Below, in pieces: positions 62,523 through 64,000 of a stretch of 64,000 nucleotides of DNA. A model generated the notes under the pieces. It was given only the letters and a program-made list of their open reading frames with translations, was not told the origin of the DNA and did not search any database. How positions within the stretch are numbered: the stretch's first letter is position 1; each line of letters opens with the position of its first letter. A program made the translations under genes and the position numbers. Origin of the DNA: Vicugna vicugna (lineage: Eukaryota); contig MU058384.1 in the NCBI GenBank assembly GCA_013265495.1, forward strand, positions 2,481,690-2,545,689, read 5' to 3'.

Positions 62523-62739
62523 TGCATCCTGTTCCCTTCTCGTATACCACAGGATGCCACATACACCCCACCCTCCATCCCTAGCAGATAGTGATTATCT
62601 AGCCTCTCTCTTTCAAATGATTTCCCCCAGTCCATAAGCATTAGATTGTCTTCTATTTTAAAATAAATAAAACAGAACTTTTCCCCTGATCCTTGTTCCT
62701 TCTTGCCCTCCTTACCTCTGTACTTACTTTAAAATGGTT

Positions 62740-63010
62740 GTTTCTGTCTTCCTTTCTCCCAGTTGCTCTTCTCTCTAGTGTGGCTTCTGCCCTCACCCTT
62801 GCCCTGTAATGGGTCTGATGAAGGTCATCACAACCTTCAAGTCAACTGTGGACTTTGTCCAGTCTTCATCCTGGATGACTAGATGTTCTTGCTGAAAGCT
62901 AGCTCTCTTCTTGAAGTGTTCACTTACTTGACTTTGTAACATTCGGACTCTGTTCTCCAGTCTAACTGGTTGTTTCTCAGTCTCCTCTGCGAGCAACTCT
63001 TCCACAGGCT
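62740..63010 (+). mobile_element. L2 RT-region fragment
   Basis: tggcttctgccctcacc...aaggtcatcacaaccttcaagtca...gtcttcatcctggatga...ctctcttcttgaa...ttctcagtctcctctgc. Confidence 0.5.
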
Positions 63011-63039
63011 TGTTTTTGCCCAATTGATTGGACCCAATG

Positions 63040-64000
63040 GTAAGCTTTCTCCAAAAAATCAACTTTAAATATAAAGATCCAAATAGATTGGATGGAAAAG
63101 AATAGAAAAAATATATCATGCAATCATTAACCAAATGATTAATATCAGATAAACTGATAACAGCACAAGGAATATTAAAAAGGAGTAAAAAAAAAGACAT
63201 TTAATAATAATAAAGTGATCAATTTGTTTAGATAATATAACAATCCTAAATTTATGTGTCAAACAACAGGGCTTCTATATATGAAGCAAAACAGAAGAAA
63301 TTAAAAGAAGAAATAGACAAATGCACTGTTGGAGATTTTTAACATTCCCTTTCAGTATAATTGACCTAGTTAATATTTACAGAACTTTCAACCCAACAAC
63401 TGTAGAATATGCATCCTTTTCAGGTTTACATGGACCACATGACCATGTTATGGTCAATAAAACAACCATATTTTGGATCATAAAAGTTATTAAGTTGAAA
63501 AGGGTTGAAATCCATATTCTGTGGGGTTTAAAACAGAAATCAATAAGGTATCTGAAAAAGATCCAACTATTTGGAAATTAAACAACATGCTTTTCAATAT
63601 TACAAGATTAAAGAAAAAAATCACAAGGAAAATTAAATATTCTGAAATTGAATGCCACCTTAAGGAACTTAAAGATGTAAATTAAACACAATGTAAGCAA
63701 TGGGAAGAAAAATTACAAAGATAGTAGCAGAATATTTTTTAAATGGGCAAAGTTAGGGAAAATTAATGAAATTAAAAGATGATTATTTGAAAGGAATCAA
63801 TAAAAGCAATTAACAGTTAGCCAGAAGGATCAAGAAACAAAGAGAAAAGGCAAAAATTGCTAATTTCAGGAATGACAGGGGAGTGTTGCTATAGATATTA
63901 AAAAAAAATAAGGAAATATTATGAACTTCAGACCAATACATTTGACAACTTAAATGAAGTTAATAAATTCCTACCATAGCTCACTCAAGAAATATTTACC
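63040..64000 (+). mobile_element. Old L1M ORF2 (endonuclease region) remnant running off the window end
   Basis: LVNIYRTFNPTTVEYASFSGLHG in ORF 63321..63581 resembles the L1 endonuclease DIYRTLHP...YTFFSSAHG. A-rich sense strand, many stops. Confidence 0.85.

Noticed and set aside
58000..64000. Searched for exons of the next syntenic gene, ARFGEF3
   Set aside because: No recognisable coding exon was found. The region is repeats and AT-rich intergenic DNA.

Overview
Mammalian genomic DNA, very likely camelid, since it carries two tRNA-Ala-derived vic-1-type SINEs and no Alu, Bov-tA or PRE1 elements were seen. The window holds three protein-coding genes in the order known from human chr6q. NHSL1 (+) contributes its last five coding exons (5648-24487, 1467 codons; the 5' exons lie outside the window) and a 3' UTR to about 26830. 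HEBP2/SOUL (-) is complete, with four exons (39354-33761, 205 aa) and a CpG-island promoter. SMIM28 (-) is complete, with two exons (55003-51192, 164 aa). All splice junctions were read by eye; they are GT-AG and keep the reading frame. The rest is intronic or intergenic DNA with old eutherian repeats (L1M, L2, MIR, MLT1, MER5/MER58). Less expected items: a 5'-truncated PARL retrocopy with poly(A); an ancient two-LTR ERVL-type provirus that keeps its PBS, gag remnant, PPT and a nested MLT1; a recent 164-bp tandem duplication; an inverted SINE pair in the SMIM28 intron; and candidate alternative NHSL1 splice products. I see no convincing evidence of a wholly new biological system. Gene and repeat identifications rest on remembered homologues, not database searches, and repeat boundaries are approximate.
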